NCBI GenBank assembly: GCA_013265495.1
Contig: MU058531.1
Location: 674,678 to 738,677, forward strand
Source: Vicugna vicugna
Taxonomy: Eukaryota
Direction: 5' to 3'
DNA: 64,000 nucleotides
Shown: positions 1 through 11,288 of the stretch, one piece after another
Layout of the letters: the number at the start of each line of letters is the position of its first letter
How positions within the stretch are numbered: the first letter of the stretch is position 1
Translations under genes and position numbers: made by a program
Notes under the pieces: generated by a model
What the model was told of the DNA's origin: nothing
What the model saw: the letters and a program-made list of their open reading frames with translations, nothing else
Databases searched by the model: none

Positions 1-945
1 TCACACACAGTAATCCCTCGACACATATTTATTGGTTGATTGACTGATTGATAAATGAATGAATAGATGATCAACAAAGGAACATCTCTCTCCTAGCAAA
101 TAATCAGCATTTACTCTGCAAAGCAAGTAATGAAGCTGAGAATTAGCATTTGACAGCTTAGTTTCCCTAAAGGCTTTTGATAAAATCTTTTTAAAATTTT
201 TTTTTTTGGATAAAGGTTTTTTTGCAAAAGTATTACAACATATATTCAAAATAAAGCAGAACAATTTAACAGTAATAAAATAATTTTCTTTCAGGGCCAT
301 CCTACCAAATATATTTAAAACATGATTTCTAATCTCACATAAACATCATGGACATGAACACATATCGGAGAAAGTTTACTGGGTACAAAGTTGCCTCTTG
401 GCTAATTCTAGTTTTCTTTATCACATGGTAACCTCCATGTAGGTAAGAGAACGAAGGCGCCCACCTGTCTCCCCCTTCTCCTGCTCTACACCCCAGAGGG
501 AGTGAGGATCCAGGAAACCCATTCCTAGCCAGGCTTCCCTGTATCCCTGTGTCTTGATTAAATGGCTTAGCATCTCGGGGAAGCTGTTTCCTCACTTGCA
601 AAAGGACAGGAAGAATGCCTGCCCTCCCCACCACCCAGATAATGTGGAAAGTGCTCTGAGATGATAGAATGCAAGACAAATATATTCACAGATGTGAAAA
701 ATGCTTACAAGAAGTTATGCCAAGAGACTCTTCCTGCTTCCTTAGAGGGACCCTACAGCTACAAGCCTCCGCCCAACTGCTCACCAGAGAGCGTGGGGAT
801 TTCTAGGGAGATGAGCCTCCGCTGGGCTCAGAAGGCACAAAATGTCTCACCTTCTAAATTCAGAGGCACAACCACTATTGCTGGCATCACGCTGGCTGTG
901 TTACGAAGAGGTGCCCCCAAAGGTTTATTCAAAAAAAAAAAAAGT

Positions 946-977
946 GGGGAGGAAGGTATAGCTCAGTGGCAGAGCAT
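946..977 (+). mobile_element. 5' stub (A-box only) of camelid tRNA-derived SINE (Vic-1-like)
   Basis: GGGGAGGAAGGTATAGCTCAGTGGCAGAGCA matches the 5' end of the full copies at 18306 and 28741; similarity stops before the B-box. Confidence 0.75.
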
Positions 978-1189
978 CGAGCAGCTGGACCTGTGTCTGA
1001 CACGGCTCTGCCTTTCCTCCCTGTAATTACTTTCAGTACATTTGCAGGCTTGTCAAAGTCTAATTCTTGGAGCTATTGCTTACATGTGTGCTCTTACAAA
1101 CAGCTCTGAAACCTCATCCCATTTTCAGATTTCTATCGTCTGTCAGGTCTCCACTGTCCTCAGACAATGTCCTTCACATAACTTTCTAA

Positions 1190-1845
1190 TTCTCTAATTC
1201 TTTATCTTGATGAAATACATGAGGAAACGCTGCACACAGGACGTACTTCAACGAAAGCTTTAACAAATAATGATCATGCAAACAGCATTCCCAGGATGCC
1301 TGTGCTGCCCACTTGTCTTCTGGTGGTGACTGTGTGCTGACTTTGATCATTTTCTTCCTTCTCCTTGCAGTTTCACACCTGCACGTGCATATCTGAACAA
1401 TATAGTTTCGCACTGCCTGTCTTTGACTTTTACACAAATGAAAATATACTGTATGTCTTCTTTTGAGACTTGCTCCTCTTAGTATCATTTGTGTGAAATT
1501 TTTTTAGTTGATGCATAAAGCTATAGCTCATTTATGGCCTTCTCTGTATACCGTTCCACTGGATAAGTTAACTGCAACTTAAGTATCAGTTCTGCTCTTG
1601 ATGGACACTTAGGCTGTTTCATGCTTGGGCTATTACCAACAATCCTGTTATGTTATTATAGGTCATTTGGTGCCCACTGAAAGAGTTTTTCTAGGGTAGA
1701 TAGCTAAGGGTAGACTTGCCAGACCAGAAGATATGCACATGCACTTTATGAGGTGACATCAAACGGTTTTCCAAAGTGGATGAACCAATTATGCTCCAAC
1801 CAGCAACGGAGAGGGTTCTACCTGCTTCCATCCTTGCCAGCATCC
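1190..1845 (-). mobile_element. Old L1 (L1MD/ME-type) ORF2-end/3'UTR fragment
   Basis: Antisense L1 motifs gatggacacttaggctgtttc, gttttccaaagtgg, catccttgccagca; ORF 1186-1488 contains 'KRRHTVYFHL', typical of translated L1 3'UTR. Confidence 0.8.
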
Positions 1846-3044
1846 TCTCTGAACAAACCCAGTGCCTTTAACCCTTCTTCATGCAGCGCTCAAGGCCTTT
1901 ATTTCAAATTTCTCAACACTGGCATATAAGGTAAAACCTGTTTGTCATTTCCGATATAGAAGGTCACCTTCATTTCTCTGTCTTAAACCTTAGAGTCCAG
2001 AGAAATCCTGTAAGAGGCCAGCTCCCAACCTCCAGTCCTTGAAGCCTCACCTTGGCCTCTTAACCTTCCAGAACCAAAGGCATTCCATATAAAAAAGACC
2101 CACCCAGTACCCAAATACATAGCCTCAGACTTAAAATGAAAAGACAACAGGAGAATGTTTTAAAAAGGAGAAAAAAAATTTAAATATTCCTTTCCATCTT
2201 TCAACTAAAGTATTTCCTTATCTTATACTAATTATTTCTAAGAACTTCTGCCCAAATCAAAATTGCAGTAACGAGATAACAGCGGGAAAAAGAGTGCATA
2301 GAGACAAAGAGAAAAAAAAATTACCTAAAAATTCAGGAATTTTATTTTCAGCCCCAAACCATCTGCAGTTTTTCAGCCTTACACGTCACAGAAGGTATTG
2401 AGGACTTTCCTGTTTTGCAAGGAAAAGGGGTTCTGAGTAGCAAGTAAAGTACAGAAGAATAAGGCTGAATTTTCCAAATCTATGCCAAGAATTCCAGCCT
2501 TCAGAGCCCTCAAATCCAGAGCAACCTAACGACTGAAGCCCACTAAGCTGCAGCTTCTCCCCCTTGTCTGGCAGAGTGGGAAGGTTGTCCCCAGAGCAGA
2601 ACAGACTCTGGCTCAGCATGTGGACCTCTTGCCTCTTTAAGATAATAAATGAATAGCCTAAACTGTACTCAGCTCACTTAGCGATTCTTTGTAAGGGCCT
2701 AGCCAGTTTCTTCCTTGAACTCAATGTAGGACTCAGAAAACTGACCTAATAACCACATTTGCCTCACTAGTAAATAGGAATGTGGGGTCAGGTGATTTTT
2801 GACGTTCCAATGTACTTTCACATCCTTTGATTACTTTTTCCTACCTCCAGCTTGAGGTTACAAGTCAGATTGACACTCTAAAGTGTGCCTTTAGATAGGT
2901 CACCTATAATTGTTTCTGAAAGCATTTGCTGTAGTTCAACTACGCATTTACCAACTTAATCTGAAGTTGACGATAACCAAGCAGATAACTTAAGAAAGCA
3001 AGACTACTGCATAGCAGTCTTGAGGTGGGGAAGGACTGGAGCAG

Positions 3045-3575
3045 GGACTACTGATTGGTTCCCAGCAGCCATTCCATTTTCTCTTCTTCCTTTTGACAGA
3101 CCCTTATCTGGAGGCTTCTTCAAAGTGTTCAGTTCAAATCATAGTAACCTCATTTTCTTTCATGATCGCATATAGGGGTGAGCATATGGCTCAATCCTGG
3201 TCAGTGAAGTATAAGGAGAAGACTTCCAGCTACTTCTAGAGATGGTTTTTCTGTCAGATGAAAGGCAGAGGTATAAAAGAAGATGGTCTTCCCCTGCCAC
3301 CTCTTCCTCCCTGCTTTCAGATTTTGTCCTGTGAGGACATGATGCTTAGAGCTATTCTAGCCATTTAGTAACATGCAAAAAGGCATCACTGAAATGCTAG
3401 AGATAACAAAGAGGAAAGAGGGGAAGAGAAGACAGTGACACTGTTGGGCAGTTGAATTGTCTCTGGAACCACTGCCCTCCAGATTCTTTGTTATGTGAGA
3501 TTAATAAACTTCTATTATTAAAGACTTTTATATAAATATTCTTTTACATATAGCCTCAGACACACTTCCTCATGC
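3045..3575 (+). mobile_element. Ancient MaLR LTR (MLT1J/K-like)
   Basis: gcatatggctcaatcctggtcagtgaagtataaggagaag; gaggacatgatgcttagagctattctagccat; ccagattctttgttatgtgagattaataaac. Confidence 0.75.
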
Positions 3576-4419
3576 AAGGGTCTAAAATGTCTAAATGACA
3601 CTGCTCTGAGGATGTGGTCGCTTCTAGAACTAGCCCCATTGCTGATAAAATGACTAATTCCTTGAGATGTAGTTGATTTGGTCAGCTGCCTCCTCCTGAT
3701 ACCAGTTTCAGGCAAATTGCTGAAAGAGGTAAGTTATCACACCATCTCTCAAATATTTCTTAATGCCCTCTCTTCAGCTGAGTTATACAGTAGAAAGACT
3801 AGGAATATGCTTAGCGTGAAAGCAGAGGAAATACAAAAAGACGTGAAATGAAGTTTAACTTTGAGAAATACTCCAGAATTTTACAACTGTTAAATCCAAC
3901 AAGAGGTTATTTTAATGTCATAAAACATAAGTTCTGTGCTTTACATTAAAATATTGCTTTGAATTTGAGTAGCTGTGGTAGAAATTTCTAGTGCACACTC
4001 CCATCTGGAAGACAGTACTGCTCAGGCCATTATGGGTAGTTGGGGCCAGTGACCAATCCTAGCCGATGAAATGTGCATAGAAAGAATGCAGAATTTCAGA
4101 ATTGCTATGGGCTAGTGTGTGAATTCCCTACTCTCTCTCTGAATGGGAATGCTTATTATACTTTCCTGTCCCTGCGCCACTGATATATATTTGGAGGGAG
4201 GGGGGCAGCAAGATAAACTTGTAGCTTTAGTTCATAGGTCACTAGACCAAGACTGTCATTTCTGGACATGATGGCAAAGACTACCCACATCACCTGGAGA
4301 TCTTGTACTGTGCAAAGAATGTAGTTTCTAGAAGCTTGTTGACTCATCTTCCCAAGGACATGTTTGAGTGTGTTCTTCATGGAGACAGAAGAATAAACCA
4401 ATAATGTGGTGCTAAAAAG

Positions 4420-4930
4420 ATGGACTGCAGTGGAGATTCTCTGTGCTTGCCATATCTCCTTTTCTCCACCCTTTCTTAGGAGGATTAGAATTCCCAGTCA
4501 CCTCGCAGTTAGGCAGGGTCGTGTCCTAGTTCTAGCCAGTCATAGAAAAGAGGAAGTGCTATGGGTCTCTTCAAGGTCAAAGTATTTTAAAGCCAATGTG
4601 CCAACTTTATGGCCTTCTCATCTCCTTTGGCAGTAAATGAAGAGGTCACATTCTAAGATAGTATCTTACAAGAGAGAGAAAAACCTTCTGCATTGATTCC
4701 ATCCTATGTTTGTTTCCCTTTGTGGTCACAGATGGCTCTCGTACTTCCAGAAGTCACATTCAGGTATAAGAACATCAAGCCCAGGGCAGAAAAAGGATGC
4801 TTACTTCCCTGTACCTCTTTTTAGGAGGGGAGACTTCCTTAGAAGCCCCACAGAAGACTTCTTTCCCTTAGGGATCACGTGCCAGAACCACATCACACAT
4901 CCATTTCCAAACCAAAACTGGAAATGAGAA
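4420..4930. mobile_element. Degraded MLT1-type MaLR LTR fragments (probably two pieces in opposite orientation)
   Basis: ttcccagtcacctcgcagttaggcagggtcgtgtcctagttctagcca; cttccttagaagccccacagaagacttct. Confidence 0.6.
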
Positions 4931-4940
4931 GAACTTGGAA

Positions 4941-4996
4941 CAGTAGTTCTCAACGTTTGGGGGGTTCCAAGGCCATTTGAGAGGATTCATGAGGTC
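4941..4996 (+). mobile_element. hAT-Charlie (Charlie1-like) left end
   Basis: TIR cagtagttctcaa followed by ggggttcc...atgaggtc; partner TIR at 6577-6592. Confidence 0.65.
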
Positions 4997-6451
4997 GTAA
5001 TCAAAACAGTATGGTACTGACACAAAAACAGTCATGTAGATTAATGGAGCAGAATAGAGAGTCCGGAAGTAAACCCACAGACATACGGTCAATTAATCTA
5101 TGACAGAGGAGGCAAGAATATACAAGAAGAAAAGACAATCTCTTCAATAAGCAGTATTGGGAAAACTGGACAGCTTCCTGTAAAAGAATGAAATTAAAAC
5201 ATTCTCTAACACCATATACAAAAGTACTCAAAATGGATTAAAGACCTAAAGGTAAGACCTGAAACTGTGAAACTTTTAGAGAAAAACTTAGGCAAAACAC
5301 TCTGATAAATCAAAGCAATAGTTTTTTTTTGGCTCTGTCTCCTAAAGCAAAGGAAATAAAAGCAAAAATAGACAAATGGGACCTAATTAAACTTAAAAGC
5401 GTTTGCACAGTAAGGAAACCATTGACAAAAACAGCAAATATTTGCAAATGGTATGACTGATAAGGAATTGATGTCCAAAATATATAAACAGCTCATACAA
5501 CTCAACATCAAAAAACAAACAACCTGATTTAAAAATGGGCAGGAGACCTGAAAAGACACTTTTCCAAGGAGGACATGCAGGTGGCCACAGGCACACGAGA
5601 AGATTCTTAACATCATTAATCGTCAGAGAAATGCAAATTAAAACCACAGTGTGATTATTATCTCACACTTATCAGAATTGCTGTCATCAAAAAGAACACA
5701 AATAACAAATGTTGGCAAGGATGTGGAGAAAAGGGGACCCTCGTACACTCTCAGTGGGAATGTAAATTAGTGCAGCCACTGTGGAAAATAGGATGGAGGT
5801 TTCCCAAAAAACTAAACACAGAACTACCATTTGATTCAGTAATTCCATTCCTGAGTATATATCTGAAAAAAATATAAAAACACTAATTTGAAAAGATCCA
5901 TCACCCCCAATGTTCACAGCCAGCATTATTTACAACTACTAAGATATGTAAGTGTTCATCAACAGAAGAACAGATAAAGAAGCTGTGATGTATGTATCCA
6001 ATGGAATATTACTCAGCAATAAAAAGAATGAAATTTTGCCATTTGCAACAACATGGATGGACCTGGAGGGTATTATGCTAAGTGAAATAAGTCACACAGA
6101 GAAAGATAAATGATATCACATATGATATCACTGTATGATACCACTTATATGTGGAATTAAAAAATAAACTAGTGAGTATAACAAATAGAAGCAGACTCAG
6201 AGACACAGAGACTAAACTAGTGATTACTAGCTGGGAGAAGGGGAGGGGAGGGGCAAGACAGGGCTAGGTGTAAACTATTATGTATAAAATAAATAAGCTA
6301 CAAGGATGTATTGTACAACACAGGGAATATAGCTGGCATTTTGCAATAACTATTAATGGAATATAACCTTTGTGAATTTGTGAATTACTATGTTGTACAC
6401 CTGTAACTTATGTAATATCGTATACTGGCTACACTTCAATTAAAAAATAAA
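4997..6451 (+). mobile_element. 5'-truncated L1 (ORF2 3' part, cetartiodactyl-type 3'UTR, short A tail), frameshifted
   Basis: ORF2 motifs gtaatcaaaacagtatggtactg, tgggaaaactggacagc, gaaatgcaaattaaaaccaca, acatggatggacctggagggtattatgctaagtgaaataagtc; ends cttcaattaaaaaataaa. Confidence 0.97.
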
Positions 6452-6592
6452 TGTATAAATATCTTTAAATATTTTAAAGTTTTCATTTTTACAATGATAT
6501 TGATAGACAGAAATGAAATAGAAGCTCTTTGTGATCCTCAGTTTTTTAAGAATGTTAAGAGTTCCTGAGACCAAAGAGTTTGAGAGTCACTG
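6452..6592 (+). mobile_element. hAT-Charlie (Charlie1-like) right end
   Basis: aagctctttgtgatcctcag...gttcctgagaccaaagagtttgagagtcactg. Confidence 0.7.
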
Positions 6593-8179
6593 GTTAAGGC
6601 AATCAAGACTCAGTCACTAAACTGAAGATGTCATCCGATTTCCTAGAAGCACACGGATCTCTGGTTTACAGAAGATGCATGAATAAATGTAGGGTGCCAT
6701 CAGCCAAGAAAAAGGGAGTATTTGAGACAATTATAGCCGTAACTTTCATCTCACTCTAATATGTACTGCAACATGTTGGCTGCCATTTGAGTAATTAAGA
6801 GGAATGACTGTGACATGGCAGTTCTCAGTCTCTGTGATTTCTATCCTCTGCCTCTGTGTTCTCCTACCTCCACTCCATGACAGCACTCTCTTTTCCATAA
6901 TTAGTCCCTTTTTGTGTCCTGGCTCTGAGTCTGATTCGTGGAAATAAACTTGAGTCAAGGATTAGGCTCTTCCTATAGCACTAGAGGACTGGCTTCATCA
7001 GACCATGATCACAGTTGGTAATTTCCGGTCTCAGTGCAGCCGGAAGGGAGAAGTGTAAGAATAAGGATCTGAGAAATATTCAAAAACACAGTTACCTTTA
7101 GGCAGTGGTGGCTTTAATTTTTTTTTTAATAGCCGGAGCTTAGGAATAGTAACCTGACTGGAAAGGAGAGTCTGTGAGACTTGTTTTGAAACTGCTTGCC
7201 GAGCAAGCATGCAACTGAGGTTTTTAAGCCATGCTTTATATCATAGACAAATAAAAATAGAAAATCTGGGACAAGATGCTTTTATCCACACATTACTTCA
7301 GATTTAGATAATGACAACTGTATCTATTAAATAAAAAGCCTCCAAGGAGTGACCTGGGTGTATGGCAGAGGACTGAGGAGGGAACTTAAAAGGGGAGTTC
7401 TCTAGTCCTAACACACTCTTGGGCAGTATCTCTGCCTTGAAGAAGGTAAGGAAGAAAAGCCAGGGTCCAGGGAATAAAGTGCAAAATTGATTGCAAAGTC
7501 AGGGATACTAAATAAATAAAACAACACAGAGTAACATGGGATGAAGTGAACAATTTCTGCTCCCTTGGGTACGTGAGCAGTAGGGCCAGAGGAAGAGGAC
7601 TGACCTTTGACTGGGGACCTAGCTAAAAAGAAATTTCTTCCACGATTCAGCAACTTATTTAATCGAGTACAAGCAAACGTTGAGATGCTGATCACAGAAG
7701 TAATACCATCCACAAGACTCTGCGTCATCACTTGAGAAAAGGATTTAGCAACAGGCTTTGGGGTAAAGGAAAGACATGCTGATGCCTGAGTTTGCTCAGG
7801 ATTTATCAGTATCAATGTAAAATTCTCCTCCACCTAATATTTGATGCATTTATCGCATAATCTCATTAATTACCCTGTGTGATACAATATTGTGCTGAGA
7901 GTGCTTGTCTTTAGTTTCAGATAGTCCCAAGAGTTTCCCAGGAAGCCAGTGTAGAATGGTATGTCATCCAACAATATTCTGTGAAATTGATTATCTGGGG
8001 AAACTCATTATAAATCTCATGGATTGGTGAACTACAACGTAGTAACATAACAATTATACCTCATATGTGTGTAGCAATTAGCTCTTTACAAATCATCCTT
8101 CTTCTCTGTCACCCTTACAGCATCCAGCATGGCATTACCTCTTGTTACCCGAAAAACAACATGCAAGATATCCTTTTCC

Positions 8180-8325
8180 TTCCTTTGACATATAGGGAAA
8201 TTGAGGCTTATACAGTTTTAAATAATTCACACCAAATCCATGAGCGAGTAGGAACAGAAAAATAATTTGGACACAGGGATGTTAATTCCAGTTTCATGTT
8301 CTTCCACGACATCGCAGCTGCCTGC
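8180..8325 (-). mobile_element. MIR
   Basis: tttgacatatagggaaattgaggct, an antisense MIR core. Confidence 0.6.
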
Positions 8326-8514
8326 TGATTGCAGGCTTGCTCTGCTGCACCCGGGAATATGAACATAGCTTCCAAGTTATCTAACTTACTTCATGACACT
8401 CATGTGTTGATATCGAGATGCTCGCTCCCCCCACCTTCCCCTGGCACTATGTTGTGTCCATCTGGCAGCACTAGCACCAGCTTGTAGAGCTGGTGTTGTG
8501 TAACATGCTTTATC

Positions 8515-8638
8515 TCCTCTGTAAGTTTGAGAGAGGATAGTGACTAGCCTCATTTATCCTTGTTTTTCCCTCAGAACCTGACTTAGTGCTGGGTGCATGG
8601 TAGGAGCTTAGTAAATCCTTGTCCCTGGTTGATGAAAT
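8515..8638 (+). mobile_element. L2 3' end
   Basis: cctgacttagtgctgggtgcatggtaggagcttagtaaat. Confidence 0.65.
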
Positions 8639-8820
8639 GCTCTAATTACTCCTCTGGAGTCTGACTGGTTCCAGAAGAAACTCACAGCGAATCAGTTATT
8701 GTCTCTTTAAACTGAACCCAGATTTGATCCTGTGGAAGATGCCTGAATTCAGCCCAGCCAACCAGTACTCCCACCCCACTGGGATCGTGGGGGCCACTCT
8801 GGGAAGAGATGCATTGCCCT

Positions 8821-9192
8821 TGTCCGTCTCAGTAAAGGACTTGATGCCCAGCTGCTGGCAGTGCTGTCAGCAGGCCATCCTCAGCTTCAGCCCGCTCAGG
8901 GACTGACTCGACCTCCTTTACTCCAGGGACACCCATATCCCTGACCAGGTTATAAAGACCTGGCCATCTCAACTCAACCCAGGGCAACTCTGAAGAGCCA
9001 TTTCAACTCGAGAGCTCCCTGTGGGGTCACCTGAGGCTGTCACTGAACCAGCACAACAGTTCAACCTCTCTCTCTGCCCAACCTTTCTTCACCTTCTCCC
9101 TTTCTTGGGCGGGGATCTCAAGCGATCTCTTCAAAAAGCATCCTGCACATAAACTCCCTCTCAGAGTCTGCTTCTTGAGTCCCCAACCTGCA
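8821..9192 (+). mobile_element. ERVL LTR (LTR16-like)
   Basis: tataaagacctggccatctc; agagctccctgtggggtcacctgaggct; cctgcacataaactccctctcagagtctgcttc...aacctgca. Confidence 0.8.
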
Positions 9193-9869
9193 CCCTAAGT
9201 TCGTCCATGATTTGAAACAAATTCAGAATGGGTTTCCAGGGCTCTTCCTCATTTCTGAATTCACCATGTGGAAGTATAGCCAATCAGGGCATTGTTCTCT
9301 CTCCTTTTCTGCACAGTGAAAATAGCTTTTCTCTGATTGCATAAATCACACAGGCTCAATATGAAGTATTCTAACAAAACATAAAAATAGACAAGAAAAG
9401 TTATGTGAATGGTATCATGAGAATTGCCTTTCATATTTTGGTGGCTAGTCTTTCATACATTTTTTTACATATACATACAGATACAGTTGTATAAAATTGG
9501 AACATCACATAAATGCAATTTCTTTGTAATCATAGACTCCCTATATATTGTGCACAGACCTACAATACATATTATGCAAACTTTTGATTTTTGCCTAATT
9601 TTCCCTCTCACTGCTCCCCCCTTTTCTCTACAAGCCCTAGGCACACCATGGGTAAGTAATGTTAGTTACTCGGCGGGTCTCCTCATACTGACTTCTCCAT
9701 GCTCATATACGTACTTACATACATATATGCATATGGAGATGAGAGGTATTTTTGCTAAAGAACTGTTTGTTCTTTCAGAATGGAATCATCTACTTGTATT
9801 TCTAAGATACATCTATAGACAGATAATCACATACAGAGAGAAAGCGGTTTCTTTCCCAAAATAGGATGT

Positions 9870-10100
9870 AAAAATTCACATTTTCTCAAGCAATACTTGA
9901 GTGTACACCTTTTCTTGCAATCCCATGAGTAGGTATTACCACCTTCTAGACTTTTTGACAATCAGATGATTATAAATTTCTAGGTTTCATGTTAATTTGC
10001 ATTTCCCTGGCGACTAGAGACATAGAGAGATTTTTTTCATATATTTATTGGCTATTGGATTTGCAGGTTTTGATCCTTTCTACATTTTCTATTTTTGACC
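9870..10100 (-). mobile_element. Old L1 ORF2 fragment
   Basis: ttaatttgcatttccctggcgact...ttttcatatatttattggctatt. Confidence 0.7.
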
Positions 10101-10294
10101 CAGATCTCTACTTAGAAATTGCTTATTACTAGACTTCTCAGAGTTTTAAAATTTAAGTTGGAGGACATTTGTGAGTTGGACACGAACAGCATTAAGAACA
10201 GGGAGGTAGGAGTTGGGCAGGGGAGGGGTGCACTAGTCAGCGGGGCTGATTCGGGGCAACTAACAGAGAGAGAAAATGCCATTGATGAGCTACA

Positions 10295-10470
10295 CTGCTT
10301 TGCCCACATTAACTTATTCTATTTTCTCAATATCTCTGGGAAGTCGGTATCATCATCTCCCATTTTACAAAGGAGGAAACTAGCGCAGAGTTTTTCAGAA
10401 GCCTCTCCAAGTCCCTCAGGTCCTGATTCAGAGCTGGAACTTTGTGAGTCAGAGCTCACGTTCTACCCCC
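10295..10470 (-). mobile_element. MIR
   Basis: cccattttacaaaggaggaaact core. Confidence 0.7.
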
Positions 10471-10817
10471 GACTCCCACTGCGTCCCAGCACACTGGCAA
10501 CTTCACAAGCGCATAACTGCACCCACTCCACATAAGGCGGAAGGTCCTGCGTGAGCTTCTCATGCTCTCTCTACAGGGTGAGGAGATTAGGTCCCCGGGA
10601 CACAAGGGTGACAGGGCCAAAGAAATAGTTCAGTATTCCATAAGATTGGACGGGTACAGGAAAAGATTTATCTGCTAGAATTATCTATTGTATGAGGCTG
10701 CTACAATTGTAGAACCACCATTACTGAGTGAGATTTTCTCAGGAAACCTATTGCACTGCCATAGCTCTTTTTTAAAGAGCAGTAACATAGATGTTTGTGC
10801 TTTAAGAACTGATTTCT

Positions 10818-11288
10818 CCTAATTCTGCTGAGTTGTCCGTCTGTGTTCTCTTGTGATTCCTTGAACTTTCGTAAGACAATTATTTTGAATTCTTTGTCAG
10901 GCAATTTGTAGATTTCCATTTCTTTAGGGTCTGTTACTAGAGCCATATTATTTCTCTTGGTAGTGTTATGTTTGCCTGATTCTTTGTGATCTATGTGGCC
11001 CCGTGTTGGGGTCTGTGGATTTGAAGCAGCAAACACTTTACAGACAGGTTTCAGCAGGTAAACAACTTCCCCTGCTGTGTCCCCTGACTAATGGGATTAC
11101 CTCTGGGCTCTCAGTCAAGTGAGGCTGGTCCTGGGTTACGTGGTTGCTGTGGGTTCAGAATTGGGCTCCAGGTTGGCAGGCCTGTTACCAGGGGCACAGA
11201 TGGGTGTGGCTCCCACTGGGTCCTGGATAAGTAGGACCAGGCCTGGGTCACAGGGCTGCTTCAGGTCCCACAGTTGGGTGGAGAGGGC
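10818..11288 (-). mobile_element. L1 5'UTR end plus ORF1 N-terminus (inverted arm of the composite L1 at 10818-12912)
   Basis: ORF 10701-11036(-) reads LVTDPKEMEIYKLPDKEFKIIVLRKFKESQENTDGQL, an L1M ORF1p N-terminus. Confidence 0.92.

Noticed and set aside
7408..7833. 141-aa ORF, and similar 120-147 aa ORFs at 661, 9424, 10119, 42430 and 52008
   Set aside because: No recognisable domain or splice context; several overlap repeats, and such lengths arise by chance.
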